Shown: piece by piece, positions 47,641-64,000 of the stretch
Numbering within the stretch: position 1 is the stretch's first letter
Layout: the number at the start of each line of letters is the position of its first letter
Assembly (NCBI RefSeq): GCF_009914755.1
Contig: NC_060926.1
Origin: the human T2T-CHM13v2.0 reference genome, Homo sapiens
Length of the DNA: 64,000 bases
Strand: one strand, 5' to 3'
The notes under the pieces: generated by a model
The model's database searches: none
Seen by the model: only the letters and a program-made list of their open reading frames with translations
What the model was told of the DNA's origin: nothing
Translations under genes and position numbers: made by a program

Positions 47641-48317
47641 GTTTTTTCTTTTATGGTTAGTTCTTTCTGTATCTAGTCCAAGAATTTTTAATTTAGAATA
47701 ACACACTGTATTAAGCCTTATAAAAACACCAGTAAATTCCAAGACCTGGAAATAGCATAAACCACATTCTCTGAACCAAATGCAGTAAATCACAAGTAGA
47801 ACCAAAATAGACTGAACATTTGGAAAATGTAGTCCAATCAGTCTGAATATAAAAATCAGTTGATTATTAGATTATATTAGTAGCCCTGGCATCTTATACA
47901 TGTGGAAAGATGAATACACCAGATGAATGCAGGTGGACCTTCCTTCTTACCAAAACACAGTTCAGTGTAGTGGCCACTAACTTGCCATCTACTTTTCCTA
48001 TAAAACCTAGCCTGAGATAATCTTAAATTTTCTCTCTCAATCTCTACCTAAATTGTATAATTCTTCTCCCAATGTCTTTCCTAAAAGGGCATGAAAAGAT
48101 TTTTTTTAATGGTTTTTAAAGGTGGCTTGCCTTAACGTTTATAACTGGCTTGCTATTTTATAGTTACTTCATTCTTAGCATTGTCTTTTTTTTAACATAC
48201 TCTTAGATCAACTTAATGTGAAAATGAAACTTGAATTGTTTTAAGTGAATTAATTTTCTTATGATATTATAAGGAGGTATTATTTTTAAAAATTAATATT
48301 CTTTTTATTCTTCTCAG

Positions 48318-48585
48318 GACTGGGAATATTTACTAAATTCAGACTACCACCAGAGTGTTGAGTCTCATCTTTTGAACAGATCTTTATGTCTGAGTCCTTC
48401 AGAAGCTTCACAGATGAAGGATGAGGATTTTTCACAGAATCTCAGTCTGGATTCTTCTACACTTCTCTTTACTCACATACCTGCAATTTTTTTCGTTCTT
48501 CGCCTTGTGTATGAGGAGCTTAAGTTGAATACTCTAATGGGAGAAGGAATTTGTTCACTCTTGAACTTCTCGTTCAGTTGGCAAG
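48318..48585 (+). pseudogene. ANAPC1: ANAPC1-like exon B (~exon 19), 268 nt, 1-nt deletion near 48,559
   Basis: ttctcAG|GACTGGGAA...TTGGCAAG|GTaaat. Reads DWEYLLNSDYHQ...GEGICSL, after which the parental ELLVQLA continues in another frame. Confidence 0.93.
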
Positions 48586-49865
48586 GTAAATTTGTTTGTA
48601 GGTTAGAAACTGCCAGGAAGTCCTGAGATGACTGTCTTTTCCATGATATCATATAGGGACCTTGTAAATACGTTTCTGAAATCTGCCTTCTCTGAAAACT
48701 ATGGCATCTCTGTAAACCACAGAGTTGTTTGAAGATACTGGTTTTGTAAGGGCCTGTGAGCCATGCAGGGATTTTTAGTCTTTGTCCTGAGATTAGTGGA
48801 AGGTCACGAAAAAATGGAGATGACCTGCTCAGATTTTCATTTTGACAGGATGACTGACTGACTATACTGTGGTGGGAGTTCTAGAATAACATCTGCTGTT
48901 TTGTAATATCCACATTCAAATAGTGCTTTATAGTTGACAAAATCATAGTTTACATATAAAGTCTCAAACAAGGTAAGTTTCCTATTTTAGTGATGAGGAA
49001 ACTTGCCTAAATTTGTTTCCTGGGATATGAGTGTTTGATAGTTGTGGACTCATTTTGCTATGCTATCCTTGTTGCAGTCTGAGGTTGTCCCTGTCTTTGA
49101 GGCACTCATAGTAGATCCACAATAAGATAGTTCTAATAATACGTTTCAACACCTTTCAAGAGCTTTGAAGCACCTTGTGTATGGCTCAGAATTCTAGGGT
49201 CATACTTGTGTGTTGTTTGACCTTTATGACCTTTGGTGATAAAGAAGTTGAATTTGAATTGAAATGTCAGCCTCTGAGTTAAGACATAGTACATTTTCTA
49301 ATTTCTGTTGTCTTTTTTGAGATCTTGAAATTCAATCCTGAGACATGGCAGTTTTAATCAATGGTAAATATCTCTTAGGATGTCATTACTATCATCAAAA
49401 TTATTTTGTAATTAAATAATTTCCAAACCATAATCATGGCTGTCTGAAATAAGTAATGTGTATGATGTTTTACATTTTATCAGGTTTTTTTTTTTTTTAC
49501 ATATTTTATCTTATTTACTCTTTAAAACTTCAGAGTAAGTGAGCTGATATTGCCCCATTTCCTAGAAGAAAATACTGAGGTTTATAGACATGACTTATGG
49601 AAGATCACACAGCTAATGAATAGCAGAGGAGGAACTAGATCATGGTGCTTTTACTGTAGTTTTACTTCCACAAAATTTAGCAAAAAGAGGTTGGGTTCCA
49701 TTTGTCACACTGGGCACTTTAAAGTCCAAAAATACAATAGAGAGACTCTAGATTTGGTTATCTTTCTCATAAGTAAGTTTTTAAATTTAAAGATTCAACT
49801 AATTAATCCTTCCAATTCTGTTGGGAGAAAGTGCTGTAATACCTTCTTTTTTGCATGCCTTACTT

Positions 49866-49955
49866 ACTTAAAATTGGGGCCTTATGTAGATCATTACTAT
49901 AGAGACTACCCAACGCTTGTCAGAACTACTGGACAAGTGTGCACAATTGATCCAG
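49866..49955 (+). pseudogene. ANAPC1: ANAPC1-like exon C (~exon 20) lacking its splice acceptor
   Basis: Encodes LKLGPYVDHYYRDYPTLVRTTGQVCTIDP followed by G|GTaag. The pyrimidine tract runs into the exon with no AG (tactt-acttaaaattg); the first AG is at 49,888-49,889. Confidence 0.9.
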
Positions 49956-50171
49956 GTAAGTAGTCGTGCTTTTAAATATTTTCTAAACAGTGTAGTGATA
50001 TTTCCTTGTATTTTTCTCAATGAATAGCAGAGGATGTATTTCTTACCATTAGCTTCTAAGTCAGGGGCAATGCCTTTCCACCAGGCAGATTTTAGTTCGT
50101 AGTGCTTGTTTTCTGACACGTAGTAAGCCATAATATCTTCAGTGTATAGGGAAAATTTTACCCATCCCTAA

Positions 50172-51622
<1,451 letters not shown>

Positions 51623-51745
51623 GGAAAAATATTATTCTAGTTGTTTCAAAATGACAAGTAACTGTTGATCATCTTCCGTTTAAAATAAAATAATGTTGTC
51701 TTAATGTATTTTCGTGTCTTTTTGAATATTTATCTAATTTTAAAG

Positions 51746-51894
51746 GTCAAACAGGATTTATGCATCATCCATCATTTTTTACGTCTGAGCCACCAAGTAT
51801 TTATCAGTGGGTGAGTTCTTGTCTGAAGGGCGAAGGAATGCCGCCTTATCCTTACCTCCCTGGAATCTGTGAAAGAAGCAGACTTGTAGTCTTG
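51746..51894 (+). pseudogene. ANAPC1: ANAPC1-like exon D (~exon 21), 149 nt, intact
   Basis: taaAG|GTCAAACAGGA...GTCTTG|GTatgt; QTGFMHHPSFFTSEPPSIYQWVSSCLKGEGMPPYPYLPGICERSRLVVL. Confidence 0.95.
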
Positions 51895-51929
51895 GTATGT
51901 ATGTGGAGTGTTACTACCTATCTCCTTTT

Positions 51930-55642
<3,713 letters not shown>

Positions 55643-56039
55643 TAAATTTTTTTTATGTGATGTTAGCTAATGAGACATTTGTAGTAACCTTCTAGCTTAT
55701 GGTGGCTCTTTTTCTATTGACTCACTTGTATATGCGGAGATGGCATTGTCTGTGTACCATTTGTTGAAATGAGGGAAAGGAAGGAAGTGAGATAACATTT
55801 ATTGGGAGCCTGTTGTCTTCAAGGAACTTCATGTATGTTTTCTCATTTAATACAGAGATCTTATGTACTTTTGTGTTTGTGTTATATGTTGAATATTTTA
55901 ACTCTTTTGAGAGACTTTTTCCTTGGTCTTATCTTTTTCTTTTCCTCCTCAAAGCAAATACCACTACAGCTCTGTACTACTAGATACTTCTTAGATAGTG
56001 AGAGAGCACTATTCGATACCTGTTGGAATGACTGAAAAT

Positions 56040-57312
<1,273 letters not shown>

Positions 57313-57342
57313 AAAAATAATGTTAATTTTCTTCTTTTGCAG

Positions 57343-57421
57343 AGTATTGCACTGTACATACTTGGTGATGAGAGCTCAGTTTCTGATGAATCCTCACAGT
57401 ATTTAACCAGAATAACTGTAG
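57343..57421 (+). pseudogene. ANAPC1: ANAPC1-like exon E (~exon 22), 79 nt, intact
   Basis: ttttgcAG|AGTATTGCA...ACTGTAG|GTaagt; SIALYILGDESSVSDESSQYLTRITV. Confidence 0.93.
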
Positions 57422-57667
57422 GTAAGTTGGTGCAATGTTGCCTCTGGAATCAAATTTTTGTAGATGTCAGTATCAGAATTGAAAAAAGAATTGAATTTTT
57501 CTTGTTTGCTTTGGCGGCCATGTCTTACCTTTTTAGTACTGTTCTGGTCTGTTGCGGTCTGTTGTCCACAACTAATTTTCAGGTATCAGGATTACTTAAA
57601 ATCTAATAAATCTTGTATTTTCAGTGCGGGTAAAAAGGACTATTTTAGCCTGAAGGAAATTATTGTA

Positions 57668-57880
57668 CCATTGACTCTTGAACAACATGAGTTTGAGTTG
57701 TGTGGGTCCACTTACAATGAAATTCTTTTCAGCCAAATGCAGATAGAAAATGCAGTATTCTCTGATGTGAAATGCATATGCAGGTTCTGCAGGGCCAATT
57801 GCAGGACTTGAGCATGCACGGATTTGGGTACACATGGGGTGTCCTAACCAGTCCCCTGAGTATTCTGAGGGCCTTGACTG
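57668..57880 (-). mobile_element. MER8-like TcMar-Tigger MITE
   Basis: TA flanks; ttgactcttgaacaac...gggtccactta and ggacttgagcatgcacggattt...gactg motifs of the Tigger2/MER8 group. Confidence 0.75.
57733..57827 (+). other. 95-nt cryptic (poison-type) pseudoexon in the exon E-F intron
   Basis: ttcttttcAG at 57,731-57,732 and weak donor GG|GTACAC at 57,828 bound exactly 95 nt. Size and position fit the recalled ANAPC1 intron-22 pseudoexon. Confidence 0.8.
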
Positions 57881-58031
57881 TACTTTTCAGCCTGCCACAG
57901 TATTGCTTATTTTATTATTTTTTTAGATGTTGTTTGCTAATGGATTCTTATTTTCAAATGTCTTCTACATGTTACATGTTTTCTTTACCAGGATGACTAT
58001 CAAAATTAAGTTTCATTTTGTTGCCTTTTAG

Positions 58032-58068
58032 CCCCCCAGAAGTTGCAAGCAGAACAAGAGGAAAACAG
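58032..58068 (+). pseudogene. ANAPC1: ANAPC1-like exon F (~exon 23), 37 nt, intact
   Basis: ttttAG|CCCCCCAGAAG...AAACAG|GTgact; PQKLQAEQEEN; phase fits both neighbours. Confidence 0.9.
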
Positions 58069-58162
58069 GTGACTTTTATTTAGACTGTGCTTTTATGTCA
58101 GACACTTAAAACAATATTATTTACTGTTCTGCTTAATTACTTTATGTTTTATTCTCTTATAG

Positions 58163-58233
58163 GTTTAGTTTCAGGCATTCTACGTCTGTTTCTAGTCTAG
58201 CTGAAAGATTGGTTGGCTGGATGACTAATGTAG
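58163..58233 (+). pseudogene. ANAPC1: ANAPC1-like exon G (~exon 24), 71 nt, intact
   Basis: cttatAG|GTTTAGTTTC...AATGTAG|GTgaga; FSFRHSTSVSSLAERLVGWMTNV. Confidence 0.92.
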
Positions 58234-59892
58234 GTGAGAGCTTCTTTGTTACCTCCTAACTAGGCCGTGCTTCCTCCAGACTAGCTAGAAGTGGAAGGCA
58301 TGAGGAGAGAGGGGCTCTGGCTTTGTGAAAAGGCCTCACAAGATTGAGATTATGGTTCATCAAGCCATATTCTTTTTTCTCGACAATCTCACAACTTTCA
58401 TATAATAATATGTGGGATACCAGCTTTTTATCTTGGTGCATAAGGAATCTTTATTTGCCATTACATTGGAACATTTGAGGCTATGGCTATGTAAGCTGGT
58501 CTCTGAGAATGGAGAACTCTAATTACCCTACATATACACCTGAAATCATTGTGATACTCAGATATCAGAAATGGGTGGTTTTGGCAAAGTCTAAAAGCAA
58601 TAATATAAACATTTCAGGGTATACTTTTGAAGGATAAATGCACTTTTGAAGGGATTTCAGGCACCAAGATGAACATTGAACTGGGAAGAGGAAGAGGAAG
58701 GAAAAGCGTTCTATATTCCCTATTCCCCAAACCTATGCTCCTAGGTTTTAAATTAAGTAAAATACCAAAGAAATTTTTTTTCACAAAGAACTGAAAAACA
58801 AAATTAAAAATTACTGCCACGAAGACATGATTTTAAAGATGAGGATATTATATGGGATGTATGTTAAAAAGTAAAGTTTTAATGAATATTAAAAGATGTT
58901 TTTGAAGTCTTATCTAAAGTATGTTCTAAATGAAGTTTCTGACAGGTTTTTTTTTTTTGCATTTTACCTTAAAAATGACAATAACTGTTGCGTAGTATAC
59001 ATACAGGATACCTATGCTGAAAAATATTGGATTAGTTCTATCCATTTGTATATTGCATAATATTTAATAAGTGTTATTCTCATATAAGGAAACATTTTTT
59101 GCCTCAATAGTTAATCGACTTTTTATATTATAAATAATGCATAGTATTATAAAATTTAGAAAATCATGATAAGAAAAACATGATTTAATTAACCTGAGGA
59201 TAAAAAAATTTAAATATGAAATATGGTATACTTACAAAATAATATGTCAAACGTATATGTTTAGTTTAGAGAATGGTACTAAAGTGAGTATTGATGTACT
59301 GGTCACCCACCCCTAGAAATAGAACATTACCCGCATAGTAGAAGGCCCTTACATATCTGTTCTTGGATGGTCCCCTCCTGTCACACACCCCAATGTTATA
59401 GTGAACCACTGCCCTACCTACATTTGTGTTACCTTACTCTTGTTTTTCTTTATAGTTTTACATCTTTATAAATTGCTAGGTTTTATGTAGTTTTGAAAAT
59501 ATATAGATGTAAATATATGTTCCTTTTTCTTCACTCAACTTTGTTTTTTAAAGATTCATCCATGTCGACTCACGTAGCAGTAGCAGTGGGTCATTCATTT
59601 TCTCTGATATAGAGATTACTTTGTTTGAACATATCACAATTTAATTACCCATTCTGTTAATGATAGACAATCGGACTTACCCCTTTCTCCATCTCTTTTT
59701 TTTTTTTCCATAGCAAACCAGTATTGCTAATGAATATTTTTATACCTGTGTCTTGGTGTACCTGGGTGTAAGTTTCTATATGGCTGTTGATGGATCAAAT
59801 GGGTGGACTGACCTATACATACCAACTGTTTTCCAAAGTGGTTGTACCAGTTTACACTACCATTGGCTATGGATAAGAATTATTGTTGCTCG

Positions 59893-60218
<326 letters not shown>

Positions 60219-60595
60219 CTACATAGTTGCCAACACTTGGTATTGATTGGCTTTGACATTTACATTTCTCAGTGGCTTTAATTTGCATTTTCCTGATCAC
60301 TAATTAGGTAGAGCATCTTTTCATATGCATATTGCCCATTTATGTTTCCCCTTCTAGGAAATGTCTTTTTGTCTTTTATATTTTTCTATTAGATTGTCTT
60401 TTTTTCTTCAGGTTTTTACAAGTTCTTTCAAAGAGACTTCCTATACTAGTCCCTGATGTTAAGACATTAGTCTGGTACTAAGAGGAATAAAATGAATTTA
60501 TTTGTCAGGATAGATATTGTTGCCAACTTCAGCTAGGATAATTGGGACAGTGGCAAGTCTAAATTAAAATGTTTCTCTCTTCCTTTAACCATTAG

Positions 60596-60774
60596 GATTC
60601 ACTTTAAGAGATTTGGAAACTCTTCCCTTTGGAATTGCTCTTCCCATCAGAGATGCAATTTATCACTGTCGTGAGCAGCCTGCCTCAGACTGGCCAGAAG
60701 CTGTCTGTCTCTTGACTGGACGTCAGGATCTTTCCAAGCAGGCCTGCGAAGGAAACTTACCCAAAGGGAAGTCT
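60596..60774 (+). pseudogene. ANAPC1: ANAPC1-like exon H (~exon 25), 179 nt, intact
   Basis: cattAG|GATTCACT...AAGTCT|GTgagt; FTLRDLETLPFGIALPIRDAIYHCREQPASDWPEAVCLLTGRQDLSKQACEGNLPKGKS. Confidence 0.95.
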
Positions 60775-62481
60775 GTGAGTATCAACATAGAAAGTTCAGA
60801 GTTCCAATTTTAGCCTTAAATAAAATCATAAAGTAGAAATGTTCTTCATTTTCCTTTAAGGCTTTTTCTAAGTATATATATTAGCTTGTCTTTTATATTA
60901 TATGCCAGACGGGGTTTGTAATTGTATGCGTCTTATTAATTGTTAAGTTGAGCATAGGAGCAGGAGATTTTGTGAATGTTCTGTCTTGTGCCTGGATCTT
61001 TCTTTGCCTTGAATCAGGACAAGTCCTGAGTGTAGTCATGGAAACTACCATGGCTATTTCCCTACTTGTACCATATTAGTAATTAACCACTTTGTAATTA
61101 TTACATAGGAAAAGGGAGAGCACATATATCCTGAATTTGGATGAGTAATTATATATAAATATTTTCTACTGCATATTTTTCGATGTGTTGAATTTTTTGA
61201 ATTTAACCTTTTAAATAGGTGTAAACATATTTATTTAATCACATAAAACTGCAGCCCCAGGGAAAAAATGTGTTTTTTTAGTAGAGTTGTTTAAAAAGAT
61301 GTCTTAAGCTATCCCTCCCGAAATACTGTCTTTCATCAATCATCAAGTCTGTTTTTTTTTTTTTAAATGAGTTCTAGGAATCCTGCAAGTAGAAAGTAAA
61401 ATTATTTCATTACTCTCCAATTATCTTTTTATATCATCCTCTCTTAAAACTTGAAAATGAAACTTTTAAAACTTATTCTAGAATTCTAGGTAACTTTAAA
61501 AAATGAACAGTAGAATCTCATCAAGGAGGATTCAGGAATAATAATTCCACTCCTGGTGACTCTTTTATGTTCATGTCCCGAGAAGACAGTGGGAATTTGG
61601 TCTTACCTCTTAGTAGCTTTTGAATCAATACATAATAATCAGTGCATTGTAACTATGAGTCACCTTAGGTCTTATTACTACTTCTTCAGAGCCTATATCA
61701 AAACTTATTCCTAACCTCAGAGTTGCCTAATGTGTACCCATGCCGGAGTCAGTTTCCATGGGCATCTGATCTCCAGCACGGTCATCCCAGCACGTCTCTC
61801 CTTTAATCTGCGCCTCAATCACAGCTCTTCGTTGAATTAGTATTTACATCCTGTTTTAAACAGAAAACAAATCTTTTTGCTTATAAAATGATTTTCCTGT
61901 GAGAGAGAGCAGTTCAGCACCATTAGCATTAAAACATTAATCTGTATTTGAATGTGATTTTAAGTAATTATGTCTAAATACAGTTTGTTCAGTTGAGGCT
62001 ACATTTTATAACTAATCCCATCTAAATTTATTTTGTCACTGTTTGAGACTATGTTTTATAGCTAACTCACCCATTAGAATATAGTTTTTTTTTTTAAATT
62101 AGATATTTTATAGGAGCTAAAAATGAATTTTTAGGAACTAAAAGTGATTATTTGGTCGTATCTACTTTTTTTTCAGGCTGACCTTGTTGGTTTCACATTA
62201 AATGTTGCAAAACTTTAACATTTCAACTTGGAGTTATTCTTTTGTTAAAAGAGTATAATACTGTTTTTGAGAGAATATGATATGATTCCACGCAATTCAC
62301 ATCTGTGTTGCAGTTAGATTTAATTATTTGGACTGGGAAGCCCCATATTAAAGCACATGCTGGGCTTAGAACATGATGACAATCAAGGAATTTACCCTCT
62401 TACTTGTTTTGCTGTAGTTCAGTACTTTTCCTTCTAAGAAATTTTTATTGGAAACACATTTTTTAAAAAATAGTGAAAACT

Positions 62482-62987
<506 letters not shown>

Positions 62988-63224
62988 TCATTGTGTGACT
63001 TCCCCCAACCCTTGGGGTATATCCTTTCAGGCTTTTTTCCTTCTCCTTCTATTAATGAACAGACAATATTTAAATTAGCATTATTAGCAGTGACTAGTAT
63101 TCATATTCTACTTGCAATAATTTTTTTTTAAGAAATGATCAGGATGTAGTTAGATTTTTTTTATAGTTTATTCAGAATATTTCTCTGTTCGTATCCAGCC
63201 CCTTGACTGTTGCCCTAAATTTAA

Positions 63225-63596
<372 letters not shown>

Positions 63597-63790
63597 CAAT
63601 ATAGTACTTTTTAGAAAGATTTGTAGATTAGAGTCCCAGTATACATTGCGGCCCCAACCCATGCCTGCTTTGGAAAACATATTTTCTCTGTGCTAGTATA
63701 GTCATGGCACATCAGCCTATATATCCTCATGTTCAGCAAGTGCACGTTAACTGCTTTTGAAATTATTATTATAATAAATCTGTTACTCAG

Positions 63791-64000
63791 GTGCTCTCAT
63801 CAGATGTTCCTTCAGGTACAGAAACTGAGGAGGAAGATGACGGCATGAATGACATGAATCACGAGGTCATGTCATTAATATGGAGTGAAGATTTAAGGGT
63901 GCAGGATGTGCGAAGGCTTCTTCAGAGTGCGCATCCTGTCCGTGTCAACGTAGTGCAGTACCCAGAGCTCAGTGACCACGAGTTCATCGAGGAAAAGGAA
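63791..64000 (+). pseudogene. ANAPC1: ANAPC1-like exon I (~exon 26), open to the window edge
   Basis: tactcAG|GTGCTCTCA...; VLSSDVPSGTETEEEDDGMNDMNHEVMSLIWSEDLRVQDVRRLLQSAHPVRVNVVQYPELSDHEFIEEKE. Confidence 0.95.

Overview
Primate (very probably human) genomic DNA made of two joined domains. Bases 1-41,970 are a more GC-rich, apparently non-coding domain filled with Alu, old L1M, MaLR/ERV LTRs, MIR and DNA-transposon MITEs; no credible protein-coding exon was found. Bases ~44,500-64,000 are an AT-rich, intron-containing partial copy of ANAPC1 (APC/C scaffold subunit) on the + strand. It has nine exons, by my count equivalent to parental exons ~18-26, and three lesions: a 5-nt deletion, a 1-nt deletion and a lost splice acceptor. 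It is therefore a duplicated ANAPC1P-type paralog, probably from the chr2 2p11.2/2q13 segmental duplications (location inferred, not verified). A young 5'-inverted L1PA2-type insertion without a clean TSD sits at the seam between the domains. The most notable observation is that the 1-nt frameshift and the lost acceptor cancel each other, leaving a spliced reading frame of about 300-376 codons open to the window edge. The copy also retains the 95-nt MER8-derived cryptic exon matching the pseudoexon described in ANAPC1-related Rothmund-Thomson syndrome type 1. Parental ANAPC1 comparisons and repeat subfamily names come from memory, not from alignments.
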